Origin: Candidatus Cryosericum sp.
GTDB taxonomy: Bacteria; Caldisericota; Caldisericia; Cryosericales; Cryosericaceae
Direction: 5' to 3'
Assembly: GCA_035369785.1 (NCBI GenBank)
Contig: DAOOUZ010000001.1
Location: 1-58,732, forward strand
DNA: 58,732 nucleotides
The position numbers and the translations under genes are program-made. Below are positions 19,810-30,223 of this stretch, piece by piece. Below the pieces are notes generated by a model. It had not been told where the DNA came from. It did not search any database and saw nothing but the letters and a program-made list of their open reading frames with translations. Within the stretch, counting starts at the first letter, position 1. The number at the start of each line of letters is the position of its first letter.

Positions 19810-21303
19810 ATGCAGAGATACATTCTTGCGCTGGATCAGGGGACATCAAGCTCGCGGGCTATTCTGTTTGACGACCGGGGAGTGGCCGTGGCTGCCGTCG
19901 CTCAGGCGTTCACGCAAATCTATCCGAAACCCGGATGGGTGGAACAGAATCCCGAGGAAATCTGGAGTTCACAGCTCGCCGTTGCGCGGGCGGTCATCGC
20001 CCAGGCTGGCGTCACACCGCAGCAGGTCGCGGGGATTGGAATCACGAACCAGCGAGAAACTACGATTGTCTGGGACCGTGCAACGGGACGTCCAGTGTGC
20101 AACGCAATTGTCTGGCAGTGCCGGCGCACAGCTCCTATGTGTGAGAGGCTCAAGGCAGAAGGCTACGAGGACCTGATTCGGGAGCGTACTGGGCTTGTTC
20201 TCGATGCCTACTTCTCGGGGACCAAAGTCGCGTGGATCCTGCGTGATGTCGAGGGCGTCCGCGCTCGGGCGGAGCGGGGCGAGCTGGCATTTGGCACCGT
20301 AGACTCGTGGCTTATCTGGAATCTCACTGGCGGCAAGGTCCATGCTACAGATGCCAGCAACGCGTCCAGGACGATGCTGTTCGACATCCAGCGCCAGGCG
20401 TGGGATGAGGATCTCCTTGGGCTCTTGGACATTCCGCTGTCGATGATGCCCGATGTAGTCGATTCCAGCATGGTGGTGGGGAATACGACGGCCGACTTGT
20501 TCGGTGCCGAGATTCCCATCGCCGGAGTAGCAGGGGATCAGCAGGCTGCATTGTTTGGCCAGACATGCACGGAGCCGGGGGATGTGAAAGTAACCTACGG
20601 CACAGGAAGCTTTATTCTGGTCAACACTGGAAACCGGATTGTCCGCTCCTCGAAGGGTATGTTGTCAACCGTTGCCTGGAGAATTCATGACACTCCGACC
20701 TACGCGTTGGAGGGGAGCATTTTCGTGGCCGGGGCGGCCGTGCAATGGTTGCGAGACCGTCTGGGACTCATCACAGCATCCTCGGACACGGAAGCGCTTG
20801 CCCTCTCTGTGCCTGATACCGGCGGCGTCGTGGTGGTCCCGGCGTTCACGGGCCTCGGTGCTCCCGAGTGGGACATGTACGCACGTGGTGCCATCCTCGG
20901 GCTGACCCTTGGAACGACGAGGGCGCACATCGTGCGGGCTACGCTCGAGGGAATCGCGTTTTCGGTCAAAGATGTTATCGATGCCATGGAGCAGGAGGCA
21001 GGCGCTCCCATTGCAGGTCTCAGAGCGGACGGCGGTGCCAGTTGCAACCGCTTCCTGATGCAGTTTCAGAGCGACATACTGGGCAGTCCCCTGACTGTCC
21101 CTGCCAATATTGAATCCACCGCCCGCGGTGCCGCGTTTCTGGCGGGTCTGGCAGTGGGCGTGTGGAGCGACGAACAGGAACTGCGCAATCTCTACAGTGT
21201 TGGCCAGTCCTACGCCCCCACCTGTTCGCCACAGGAACGGGAACGGATATACGCGCGGTGGCGCAAGGGTGTTGCGAGGGCCAGGGCATGGGCCGATGAG
21301 TGA
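19810..21303 (+). CDS. glpK: Glycerol kinase
   Basis: DQGTSSSR, GITNQRET, DAYFSGTK, GDQQAALFGQ, YALEGS. Confidence 0.98.
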   Translation: MQRYILALDQGTSSSRAILFDDRGVAVAAVAQAFTQIYPKPGWVEQNPEEIWSSQLAVARAVIAQAGVTPQQVAGIGITNQRETTIVWDRATGRPVCNAIVWQCRRTAPMCERLKAEGYEDLIRERTGLVLDAYFSGTKVAWILRDVEGVRARAERGELAFGTVDSWLIWNLTGGKVHATDASNASRTMLFDIQRQAWDEDLLGLLDIPLSMMPDVVDSSMVVGNTTADLFGAEIPIAGVAGDQQAALFGQTCTEPGDVKVTYGTGSFILVNTGNRIVRSSKGMLSTVAWRIHDTPTYALEGSIFVAGAAVQWLRDRLGLITASSDTEALALSVPDTGGVVVVPAFTGLGAPEWDMYARGAILGLTLGTTRAHIVRATLEGIAFSVKDVIDAMEQEAGAPIAGLRADGGASCNRFLMQFQSDILGSPLTVPANIESTARGAAFLAGLAVGVWSDEQELRNLYSVGQSYAPTCSPQERERIYARWRKGVARARAWADE

Positions 21304-22777
21304 CGCAGCGCAACAGCACGGGTTTCTGGATGTTGTCATTGTTGGCGCCGGGGTTGTCGGGTGCGCCCTGGCACGGGAGCTTTCCCGGTACCGCCTCAAC
21401 GTTGCTGTCTGCGAGCAGGCGGCTGAGGCTGGACAGGGAGGAGCCACGAAGGCAAACACCGGCATCATTCACGCCGGGTATGACCCCGCTCCCGGGACCC
21501 TCATGGCCCGCATGAACGTGCGCGGCAATGCCCTGTACCCCACCCTCTGCCAGGACCTGGGTGTGCGTCTGGACAGGTCAGGAACGCTGGTGGTGGCGCT
21601 CTCCCAGGCGGACCGCCCGTACCTTGGTGCCTTGCTTGCGCGAGGACAGGCGAATGGGGTACCCGGACTCCGTATTGTCGGTCACGATGAGTTGATGAAG
21701 CTGGAACCCAATGTCAATTCTGATGCTGACAGTGCTCTGTTTGCCCCTACTGGAGGAACGGTGGAGCCCTATGAAGTGGCGCTGGCACTGGCGGAGAATG
21801 CGGCACAAAATGGCGTGCAGTTCTTCTTCGATTGTACGGTGTCCCAGTTGGGGCCTGTGGACGATGGGTGGTGCGTCCGCGCAGGTGCTCAGGAATTGAG
21901 AACCAGGTTTGTGGTGAATGCAGCGGGGTTATCAGCAGCGAAGGTGAATCAGGCGGCAGCTCCAGGGAGGTGTTTTCACATGCATCCATGGCTCGGGCAG
22001 TATGTCCTGCTCGAGGACCGTCCAGAGTACGACATCCGGCACCCGATTTTTCAGGTTCCTGGTCGCATGGGCAAGGGAGTCGTGGTGAGTCGCACGCCCG
22101 ATGGCAACATCATCGCCGGTCCTACTGCGGAAGACAGTGACAGCGACCGCGACCTTGCCACAACGAGAGCTGGGCTCAGGTCTGTGCTGGCACAGGCGCG
22201 CCGGAGTGTCCCGGCGCTTGACGAGCGACAAGTGATAACCGAGTTCTGTGGAGCACGAGCAATCGTGGACGAACGTGACGACTTTCTCATCGAGGAGTCA
22301 GCCCCTGGTTTCTTCAACGCGGCCGGGATCAAGTCACCGGGTCTTACCGCGGCCCCCGCCATCGCAGAGGAGCTGGTCGGGTTGATGGCAAACAGCGGGC
22401 TCGAACTGGTCGCGAATCGTGCCTTCGTTGGCACAAACGAGCCCGCCTTACTGTTCCGCGACTGTTCCGCGGATGAGCAGCGCCGGATGATTCATGAGGA
22501 CCCGAGCTTTGGGCGTATTGTGTGCCGCTGTGAGACCGTGACTGAGGGTGATGTCATGCGAGCCATCCACCGCCCGGTTGGCGCACGGACGGTGGATGGC
22601 ATCAAGTTCCGTACGCGGGCCGGGATGGGCCGGTGCCAGGGCGGCTTCTGCGGACCACGAGTCCTCGAGATGCTGTCGAGGGAACTGAACGTGGATCCAC
22701 TTTCCATCAGCAAGTGTGGACCCGGTTCCGAGATTCTTGCAACACGGCTGCGGCCGGAAGGAGATTCCTGTGCTTGA
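21296..22777 (+). CDS. FAD-dependent glycerol-3-phosphate dehydrogenase/oxidase with C-terminal BFD-like [2Fe-2S] domain
   Basis: GAGVVG, ANTGIIHAGYD, GIKSPGLTAAPAIA, CRCE...RTRAGMGRCQGGFC; overlaps the glpK stop. Confidence 0.9.
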   Translation: MSDAAQQHGFLDVVIVGAGVVGCALARELSRYRLNVAVCEQAAEAGQGGATKANTGIIHAGYDPAPGTLMARMNVRGNALYPTLCQDLGVRLDRSGTLVVALSQADRPYLGALLARGQANGVPGLRIVGHDELMKLEPNVNSDADSALFAPTGGTVEPYEVALALAENAAQNGVQFFFDCTVSQLGPVDDGWCVRAGAQELRTRFVVNAAGLSAAKVNQAAAPGRCFHMHPWLGQYVLLEDRPEYDIRHPIFQVPGRMGKGVVVSRTPDGNIIAGPTAEDSDSDRDLATTRAGLRSVLAQARRSVPALDERQVITEFCGARAIVDERDDFLIEESAPGFFNAAGIKSPGLTAAPAIAEELVGLMANSGLELVANRAFVGTNEPALLFRDCSADEQRRMIHEDPSFGRIVCRCETVTEGDVMRAIHRPVGARTVDGIKFRTRAGMGRCQGGFCGPRVLEMLSRELNVDPLSISKCGPGSEILATRLRPEGDSCA

Positions 22778-24074
22778 CCTGATTGTTCGCAATGCCCGCC
22801 TGGCACCGTCCCAGACGGAGCTGTCCGACATCGGCATCCTGGACGGAGCATTCGTCGAGATTCACCCTCGCATAGAGGCGGAAGCCAGACAGACCATCGA
22901 CGCGGCGGGCCTATTTGTGACACCTCCTCTCGTGGAGTCGCATGTGCACCTCGATACCGCCATGACTGCAGGCCAGCCGCGGTGGAACAAAAGCGGAACG
23001 CTGTTCGAGGGCATTGAACGGTGGTCGGAACGCAAAGCACTCCTTAGCGAGCAGGACGTGCTGGAACGTGCGACGGCCGCCGTGACGTGGGAGGTTGCAC
23101 ACGGCGTCCTGCACATACGGTCTCACGTTGACATCTGCGACCCTGACCTGACTGCCCTCAGGGCGCTGCTGCAGCTCAAGAAGACCATGGCGCCTTGGGT
23201 GGACATTCAACTTGTGGCCTTTCCGCAGGATGGCATCCTCGGATACCCGGGCGGAGCCCATCTGCTTGAGGATGCCCTGAAAGCGGGGGCAGATGCCGTA
23301 GGGGGCATACCGCACTACGAACTTACCCGTGAGGACGGCGTGGAGTCGCTCCAGATTGTCTTTGCCCTTGCCGAGAAGTACGGGAGGCTGGTCGATGTTC
23401 ACTGCGATGAAATCGACGATGAACAGTCGCGGTTCGTGGAGGTCATGTCAGCACTGGCGCTTCGCACCGGTCTTCGCGAGATGGTTACGGCAAGCCATAC
23501 GACTGCCATGCACAGCTATGGCGGAGCCTACGCCGCAAAGCTGCTGAGGTTCTGCGCACAAAGTGGGATCAATTTCGTTGCGAACCCCTTGGTCAACATT
23601 CACCTGCAAGGGCGCTTCGACACCTATCCCAAACGTCGGGGCCTTACCAGAATCAAGGAGATGACTCAGATGGGAATCAACGTGAGCCTTGGACACGACG
23701 ACATTCTGGACCCGTGGTATCCGATGGGCACTGGCAGCATGCTGGATGTCGCACACATGGCTGCCCATGTGGGTCAGATGATGGGAACCGAGGAACAGGA
23801 TGCCGTGTTCCGCATGATCACCTATAGCGGAGCGCGCACGCTGCACATCGAAGACTCCTACGGCATCAGCGTTGGCAGGCCCGCGGACCTCGTGGTCCTG
23901 GACGCATCAGACGGGCGGGACGCAATCCGGAGGCAGGCCGTGGCGCGTTTCGTCGTAAGCCGTGGAAGGATAGTCAGCCAGACCGTGCCGGCACACACGA
24001 GCGTGAACCTTGGCGATGGCAACCGCGAAGTGGACTTCAGGATGTCTCAGACAGGAAACCTGCGTGAAGAGTAA
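22770..24074 (+). CDS. codA: Cytosine deaminase (bacterial amidohydrolase type)
   Basis: ESHVHLD, WNKSGTLFEGIERW, VAFPQDG, DVHCDEIDDEQSRFVE, ASHTTAMHSY, QGRFDTYPKRRG, GHDD..DPWYP. Confidence 0.95.
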   Translation: MLDLIVRNARLAPSQTELSDIGILDGAFVEIHPRIEAEARQTIDAAGLFVTPPLVESHVHLDTAMTAGQPRWNKSGTLFEGIERWSERKALLSEQDVLERATAAVTWEVAHGVLHIRSHVDICDPDLTALRALLQLKKTMAPWVDIQLVAFPQDGILGYPGGAHLLEDALKAGADAVGGIPHYELTREDGVESLQIVFALAEKYGRLVDVHCDEIDDEQSRFVEVMSALALRTGLREMVTASHTTAMHSYGGAYAAKLLRFCAQSGINFVANPLVNIHLQGRFDTYPKRRGLTRIKEMTQMGINVSLGHDDILDPWYPMGTGSMLDVAHMAAHVGQMMGTEEQDAVFRMITYSGARTLHIEDSYGISVGRPADLVVLDASDGRDAIRRQAVARFVVSRGRIVSQTVPAHTSVNLGDGNREVDFRMSQTGNLREE

Positions 24075-25323
24075 CTACGACCTGATTGTCATCGGCGGGG
24101 GGCCTGCCGGGCTGGCCGCTGCCCTGGGAGCGCTGAGAAACGGAGTTCAGGACATCCTGATCATCGAGCGGGAGCGTTTCCTCGGAGGAATCCTCAATCA
24201 GTGCATCCATACTGGATTTGGCCTGCGCGAGTTCGGGGAAGAGCTGACGGGGCCAGAATACGCGGAGCGCTTTGAGCGCCAGGTTCTCCAGGCAGGTATC
24301 TCCTGCCTGGTGGACGCCATGGTGCTGGATATCACGAGAGACAACCACGTCGTGGCTATTTCGCCGGAGTATGGACGACTGGAGTTCTCTCCGCGTGCCA
24401 TCGTGCTGGCAATGGGATGCCGCGAGAGGACACGCGGGGCTCTGATGGTGCCTGGCACACGGCCCGCGGGCGTCATGACCGCAGGGACGGCTCAACGGCT
24501 GATGAACGTGGAGGGATATCTTCCTGGCCGGGACATCGTCATCCTCGGGTCAGGGGACATCGGCCTCATCATGGCACGTCGGTTTACGCTCGAAGGAGCC
24601 AGCGTGAAGGCCGTTCTTGAAGTCATGCCCTATTCTACCGGCCTTACACGCAACGTCGTTCAGTGTCTGGATGACTACGGAATTCCGCTCATGCTGAGTC
24701 ACACAGTCACAGCTGTACACGGTGCAAAGCGCGTCAGCGGGGTCACTGTTGCGCAAGTGGATGCGAGGCGCGATGTGCTTCAGGGGACAGAGCAGGACAT
24801 TGCATGCGACACACTGATCACGTCGGTGGGACTGATTCCGGAGAATGAGCTGAGCAAACGCGCTGGCGTTGAACTGGACCCCGCGACCGGCGGGGCCGTG
24901 GTCAATCAGAGGCTGGAAACAAGCGTACCTGGAATCTTCGCGTGTGGGAACGTCCTTCAGGTACACGACCTGGTGGACAATGTCTCAGAGGAAGCCCGGC
25001 ACGCTGGAGCAAACGCTGCGGACATGATTGCGGGCAGACTCGCTCGGACGGAGGACAAGATTCGCATAGTTCCAGGTCCCGGCGTTCGATACGTGGTTCC
25101 ACAGTGGATCGATCTGCGTGACATGGATGAGCGTGTCGTGCTCTCAATGCGGCCCGACGACGTGTTCCGTCAGGTGACTCTGGAGGTCGTGGCTGAGGGG
25201 CAGGACACACCTCTTGCTCGGTTTCAGAGACGGCGGCTGACACCGGGAGAAATGGTCATGCTGAACGTGGATTCAGCGGTCTTCCATACTTCTGCGGACC
25301 GCATATCGGTGCGGGTGGCATGA
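24064..25323 (+). CDS. NAD(P)/FAD-dependent pyridine nucleotide-disulfide oxidoreductase
   Basis: GGGPAG, GGILNQCIH.GFG, LTGPEY, MGCRER, GSGDIGLIMARR, ACGNVLQVHDLVD. Confidence 0.92.
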   Translation: MKSNYDLIVIGGGPAGLAAALGALRNGVQDILIIERERFLGGILNQCIHTGFGLREFGEELTGPEYAERFERQVLQAGISCLVDAMVLDITRDNHVVAISPEYGRLEFSPRAIVLAMGCRERTRGALMVPGTRPAGVMTAGTAQRLMNVEGYLPGRDIVILGSGDIGLIMARRFTLEGASVKAVLEVMPYSTGLTRNVVQCLDDYGIPLMLSHTVTAVHGAKRVSGVTVAQVDARRDVLQGTEQDIACDTLITSVGLIPENELSKRAGVELDPATGGAVVNQRLETSVPGIFACGNVLQVHDLVDNVSEEARHAGANAADMIAGRLARTEDKIRIVPGPGVRYVVPQWIDLRDMDERVVLSMRPDDVFRQVTLEVVAEGQDTPLARFQRRRLTPGEMVMLNVDSAVFHTSADRISVRVA

Positions 25324-25709
25324 GCAGTACAACGCGCATCATTACCTGTATCGTATGTCCGGAAGGCTGCAAGGTGTCCGTGTCCATGGAGGGCGACACC
25401 ATCACGGGAGTCTCGGGTCATGGGTGCAAGCGCGGTCTCGCTTACGCCCGGCAGGAGGCGGTTGCCCCCATGAGAACGCTGACGACAAGCGTGAGAGTCG
25501 TGGGCGGTGTTCAGCCGCTGGTCTCGGTGAAGACTTCCGCTCCGGTTCCGCGCGAACGCCTGCACGATATCATGGCCTGTGTGCGGACGTGCTCTGTCTC
25601 AGCGCCAGTAAGACAAGGAGAAGCAGTCCTCACCAACGTCCTGGGGCTCGGGGTGGATCTGGTCGCGACGCGAACAGTCGAGCGGGACTGTCCCCCGCGC
25701 AGTTCCTGA
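25320..25709 (+). CDS. DUF1667 domain (CxxC) protein
   Basis: CIVCPEGC...G.GCKRG..YA..E...P.R.LTTSV; usual partner of the two preceding oxidoreductases. Confidence 0.88.
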   Translation: MSSTTRIITCIVCPEGCKVSVSMEGDTITGVSGHGCKRGLAYARQEAVAPMRTLTTSVRVVGGVQPLVSVKTSAPVPRERLHDIMACVRTCSVSAPVRQGEAVLTNVLGLGVDLVATRTVERDCPPRSS

Positions 25710-25727
25710 GCTGCTGGCCACCCTTCC

Positions 25728-26303
25728 TCACGGGTCGCGGAGGAGGTCGATGAACTGCCGCGTGGCAAGAACCTCGGCCCCCATGGCAGTCATGTCCTGC
25801 AGGTTGGACTGCTGAATGTCCGCTGTTCGTGACCCCGTTGCGTCGGAAAGGACTGTTACTGCGTAGTCGAGCGAGAGGGCGTCGACGGCAGTTGCACGGA
25901 TGCAGTTCGGAGTCTGCAGGCCCGCCAGCACGATGTGTTTGGTTTCCATGCGGCGCAGCACGAGGTCGAGGTCTGTTGCAAAGAAGCCAGACCAGCGAGT
26001 CTTCGCGACAACAACTTCCGCGTCCAGCGGTTTGAGGGCGTCGGGTTCCTCGACTCCCGGGGTATCTGCTACCAGGAAACCGCCCGTTCGTTCAAACAAT
26101 TCCTTGCGACACATGTCAACGTCGATTCCCGTGGATCGGTGCCTTCGGAGAACGTGGACGACGGGCATGCCTGCGGCGCGGGCGGCCTGGAGGGCCTCGA
26201 CAACATTTGCGAGGATATCGGGTCCCTGGGCTACAAACAGAGGTGACGAGCTCTCCAGGAAATCCCGTTGCATGTCGACCATCACCAGTGCAGTATGTTC
26301 CAT
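25728..26303 (-). CDS. Isochorismatase/nicotinamidase family cysteine hydrolase
   Basis: ALVMVDMQRDF, KTRWSGFFAT.L, GLQTPNCIRATA.DA. Confidence 0.92.
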   Translation of the reverse strand: MEHTALVMVDMQRDFLESSSPLFVAQGPDILANVVEALQAARAAGMPVVHVLRRHRSTGIDVDMCRKELFERTGGFLVADTPGVEEPDALKPLDAEVVVAKTRWSGFFATDLDLVLRRMETKHIVLAGLQTPNCIRATAVDALSLDYAVTVLSDATGSRTADIQQSNLQDMTAMGAEVLATRQFIDLLRDP

Positions 26304-26462
26304 GTCCGTGCTACCTCCGTGTTCACAGCCGCCTACGTGTGAGTATATGCCGATTACGCATGCTTGCATCTGCTGCACGCGGTCGCTTGCAGTTTTCTGA
26401 ACGTCGCCTATAATTCGCTTACCGAAGCAAACGGCGGGGGCGGACCCCGAGAAAGGAGACCC

Positions 26463-27617
26463 ATGATTCTGATTCGTGGCGGTACTGTACTGAGCGTAGG
26501 TAACGGCGTCATTGAGGACGGCTCGGTGTTGCTTGGAGACGATGGCAAGATCGCGGACGTCTTCGCGGGCCGGAGAGACGTACCCGGAGCCGAGGTTTTA
26601 GACGCTGTTGGCAAAGTTGTTACGCCAGGGTTCGTCGATGCTCATACGCACCTCGGCATCTGCAACCTTGAGGTTGGCGAAATCGGTGAGGACGAAAACG
26701 AAATGACGAACCCGGCAACCCCGGGCTGCCGTGCGATTGACGCCGTGTACATCTGGGATTCTGGATTCTCAGACGCACTCTCAGGAGGCGTGACGACGGT
26801 ATTCACGGGACCTGGGAGCGGCAATGTGATTGGCGGACAGAGCATCACCATGAAGACTGCCGGCCCCTCGCTCGAGGCTATGGTGCTGCAGAACCCCGCT
26901 GGTCTGAAGACCGCCTCTGGGGAGAATCCAAAGCGGGTCTACAAGACGAAGAACCAACTGCCGAGTACGCGCATGGGAACGGCCAAGGTACTGAGGGAGG
27001 CACTGCTCAAAGCTCGTGACTATCGCGAGCGCAGGGCAGGGTCGGAGCCCCCTCCTGTGGACCTTGACATGGAGATCCTGTGCAGGGTGCTGGACCGGGA
27101 GATTCCGCTCCGGACGCATTCTCACCGTGCCGACGACATCATGACCATGGTTCGCATCCGCGACGAGTTCGGGATTCGCATGGTCATCGAACATGGGACG
27201 GACAGCGTACGTGTGCGCAATGAGTTGGCGAAAGCAGGCGTGCCGGTCATCACGGGACCACTGCTGGATGTTTCGCCGAAGGTCGAGACTGCTTCTTCCA
27301 GCTTTCAGACACCGCACCTGCTGGCGCAAGCCGGCGTCCTGACTGCGATCATGACTGATCATCCGGTCATTCCCATCGAATCCCTTCGCCTCGAGGCTGC
27401 CATAGCGGCGTATGAAGGCGGGGCAGGGGAGACGGAGGCGATGGAGTTCATCACCATCAACCCGGCCAGAATCCTTGGGCTGGAGGACCGAGTTGGCAGT
27501 CTGGCGAAAGGCAAGGATGCCGATGTGGTCATCTGGAGTGGACATCCGTTCAAGTCCAGCAGCGTCGCGGAGCGCACATACGTGAATGGAAGGCTGGCAT
27601 GGGAGGTGCAGGCATGA
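26463..27617 (+). CDS. Amidohydrolase family protein, metal ligands intact
   Basis: [43 protein letters not shown]. Confidence 0.92.
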   Translation: MILIRGGTVLSVGNGVIEDGSVLLGDDGKIADVFAGRRDVPGAEVLDAVGKVVTPGFVDAHTHLGICNLEVGEIGEDENEMTNPATPGCRAIDAVYIWDSGFSDALSGGVTTVFTGPGSGNVIGGQSITMKTAGPSLEAMVLQNPAGLKTASGENPKRVYKTKNQLPSTRMGTAKVLREALLKARDYRERRAGSEPPPVDLDMEILCRVLDREIPLRTHSHRADDIMTMVRIRDEFGIRMVIEHGTDSVRVRNELAKAGVPVITGPLLDVSPKVETASSSFQTPHLLAQAGVLTAIMTDHPVIPIESLRLEAAIAAYEGGAGETEAMEFITINPARILGLEDRVGSLAKGKDADVVIWSGHPFKSSSVAERTYVNGRLAWEVQA

Positions 27618-28729
27618 TCACTATTGGCGCACAGCACCTGTTTGATGGGCACATGTTGAGTGGTGACACGGTTGTGACGGTCGAAGGCGATCATATTGCA
27701 GCAGTAGACGCTGCCGACCCTTCGGCGACGGCGGGCTGCGACTACCATGCAGCATGGTTGACCCCTGGCCTTATCGACATCGACTCCGGGATTGGTCTCA
27801 AGGAGGAGTCGCTGGGAGTAGAGGGCAACGACTTGAACGAAAGCACAGACGCTGTCACGCCGGAAATGCAGGCGCTCGATGGTCTAACCCCCTATGACTC
27901 TAGCCTTGCCAAAGCACTCATGGGCGGTGTCACCACTGCTCTCGTCATGCCTGGCGGAAGCAATGTCATCGGGGGCAGAGGTGCAGTAGTGCACCTTGCT
28001 GGCGCGACCGCAGCCGAGATGTGTATCCGAGCTCCGTTTGGCGTCAAGTTCTCGCTCGGGAATGATCCCAAGCAGACACACGGCCAGAAGCGAACACCCA
28101 TGACACGGATGGGCAATGCTTTTCTTGTGAGGGACGTTCTGATGCGGGCGCGCGACTACAAGGAGAAGAAGAAGGAGTACAACATGAAGTACGAGGCTCT
28201 CCTGCCCCTGCTTGCAGGAGATGACGTTGCCTTCATGCGTGCTTTGCGGTCGGACGACATCATGACGGCCATGCGCCTGGCCGAGGAATTCGGGCTGCGG
28301 TACGTCGTGACGGGGGCCTACGATGCGGACCTTGTAGCTGAACAATTGAAGGCGGGCGACGTTTCTGTAGCCTTTGGTCCCCTCATCATGTCCAGAACGG
28401 ACGAGGAAGCTCGCCGCCTGCATCCAGCCAACGCTCGCAGCCTGCTCGATGCTGGCGTCGACGCAGCGGTCATTTCTGGTCATCCCAACTACCCGGAGAA
28501 GTACCTCCATATGTCCCTGGGGCTCCTTGTCGGCCAGGGCGTCCGTCCTGACCGAGCACTGAGCACAGTCACCAGTGTGCCGGCGCGCATGCTGGGACTC
28601 GAAGGCTTTGGAGAGATTCGGCCAGGGGCCTTCGCTGACCTTGCGCTGTTTGCCGCCGAGCCATGGGAACCGGCAGGCGTCGTGGATGTGACCATGGTGG
28701 CAGGAAAACCTGTGTATACGCGGTCGTAA
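27614..28729 (+). CDS. Amidohydrolase-family paralog lacking metal ligands
   Basis: Colinear with the upstream gene but [28 protein letters not shown]; ATGA overlap. Confidence 0.85.
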   Translation: MITIGAQHLFDGHMLSGDTVVTVEGDHIAAVDAADPSATAGCDYHAAWLTPGLIDIDSGIGLKEESLGVEGNDLNESTDAVTPEMQALDGLTPYDSSLAKALMGGVTTALVMPGGSNVIGGRGAVVHLAGATAAEMCIRAPFGVKFSLGNDPKQTHGQKRTPMTRMGNAFLVRDVLMRARDYKEKKKEYNMKYEALLPLLAGDDVAFMRALRSDDIMTAMRLAEEFGLRYVVTGAYDADLVAEQLKAGDVSVAFGPLIMSRTDEEARRLHPANARSLLDAGVDAAVISGHPNYPEKYLHMSLGLLVGQGVRPDRALSTVTSVPARMLGLEGFGEIRPGAFADLALFAAEPWEPAGVVDVTMVAGKPVYTRS

Positions 28730-28734
28730 GAGGC

Positions 28735-28766
28735 GTGGCACCAGGGTCGCGGGACCCCGGTGCCAC
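28735..28766. terminator. Hairpin between convergent genes
   Basis: GTGGCACCAGGGTC-GCGG-GACCCCGGTGCCAC. Confidence 0.65.
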
Positions 28767-28776
28767 CACCATGAGT

Positions 28777-29436
28777 TCAGACGGTACCGTCCGTGTCTTT
28801 ACCCGCTTTCTGGCTGTCAGTGTCGCGCGCTGTTCTGCGAACCCGCTCTGCCCTCAAGTGGAACTGATTCCCCTTGAGGAGAATCGATGCAGCGAGCGTA
28901 GCAACAATGATATAGTCTGGATACCAGGGCTTGTGCAGGACGATCCATATGACTGCGGGAACTGCTCCAACAGCCGTCATGAAGGGTGAGATATGAAGCT
29001 TCTTCTTGAGGGAAGGAACAAGGGTCCACGCAATCGCGGCGGCGGCAGCGAAGGGCAGAGCCCACAACACCGCTACGGGGTAGTTGTCGACAAGGATCCC
29101 GATTGTTGTGGCAATGCCGCCGCCTCCCCGGAACTGGAAAAAGACGGGCCAGTTGTGCCCAACGATCACGGCAATGAAGGATGCGATCCACACCCACGAC
29201 GGAACAGCGGCGAGGTGAAGCACGACACTCACGGCGTAGCCTTTGAGCAGGTCGAGTACGCCGACAGCGAGGCCGTACGACCAACCGTATTGCCTGATGC
29301 TGCCTGACATTCCAGGGTTGTCTTTGAGGCGTATGTCCTCGTGCTTCAGCGAGTAGCTGAGGATGATGCCCCAGCACAGGGATCCCCACAGGTACGATGC
29401 CAGAACAAGAGCCCCGTACTTGAGCCAACTGTTCAT
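28777..29436 (-). CDS. plsY: Glycerol-3-phosphate acyltransferase PlsY family (divergent)
   Basis: YLWGS, DIR...NPG, LDLLKG, GHNWPVF..FRGGGGIAT..G. Confidence 0.85.
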   Translation of the reverse strand: MNSWLKYGALVLASYLWGSLCWGIILSYSLKHEDIRLKDNPGMSGSIRQYGWSYGLAVGVLDLLKGYAVSVVLHLAAVPSWVWIASFIAVIVGHNWPVFFQFRGGGGIATTIGILVDNYPVAVLWALPFAAAAAIAWTLVPSLKKKLHISPFMTAVGAVPAVIWIVLHKPWYPDYIIVATLAASILLKGNQFHLRAERVRRTARDTDSQKAGKDTDGTV

Positions 29437-29635
29437 CAGTATCCTCCAGGCAAACGTTCCGTTCTGAACAGGTGCGACCCGTCCGGCGTTGTCTAACCGT
29501 TAGTCTAGGTCACAACTCTCGCTTGTAAAGCATGCCGTGGCCGATATACTTTTATGACCCACGTGCCAGGGATTCCGGGAAGTCGGCTCTGCCCAGCAGT
29601 GTCCGGGCCGGCGGACGCAAGGATTTGGAGGAACG

Positions 29636-30199
29636 ATGGAGTTCTGGACCGTTCTCGTGATAGCAGTTGGGTTGTCGATGGATGCGTTTGCTATTTCCGT
29701 GGCGGGTGGATGCAGTATTCAGCACATGACGGTTCGACGGGCGCTCAAGTCGGGGTGGTGGTTTGGCGGGTTCCAAATGCTGATGCCGATTCTTGGCTGG
29801 CTGGGCGGTCTTGCGCTTCGAGGACTGGTGCAGAACGTCAGCCACTGGGTTGCCTTTGCACTGTTAGGCCTTATTGGGGTCAAAATGATAGTGGAGGGCG
29901 TGCGTGACCCGCCAGCTGGCGAGTGTGCGCAGAGTGAAGACCACGGCTGGCAGGAGATGCTGGTGCTTGCTATCGCGACAAGCATTGACGCCTTTGCTGT
30001 GGGAGTGAGCTTGTCCATACTCAGGGTTTCCATTTGGTGGCCTGCAACCTTGATAGGGGTGGTCACGTTTTCGCTGTCGGTCGCTGGCACTCTCCTTGGG
30101 TGCCGTGTCGGCGGATTGCTTCAAGACAAGGCCGAGGTCGTCGGCGGCGTAGCCCTCGTTGCAATCGGTCTAAGGATTCTTCTCGAAGGGCTGCTCTAG
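29636..30199 (+). CDS. mntP: Manganese efflux pump MntP family
   Basis: AVGLSMDAFAIS, FQMLMP..GW, AIATSIDAFAVG. Confidence 0.93.
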   Translation: MEFWTVLVIAVGLSMDAFAISVAGGCSIQHMTVRRALKSGWWFGGFQMLMPILGWLGGLALRGLVQNVSHWVAFALLGLIGVKMIVEGVRDPPAGECAQSEDHGWQEMLVLAIATSIDAFAVGVSLSILRVSIWWPATLIGVVTFSLSVAGTLLGCRVGGLLQDKAEVVGGVALVAIGLRILLEGLL

Positions 30200-30223
30200 C
30201 GGAATAGCCGGGAGGCAGGAAGA

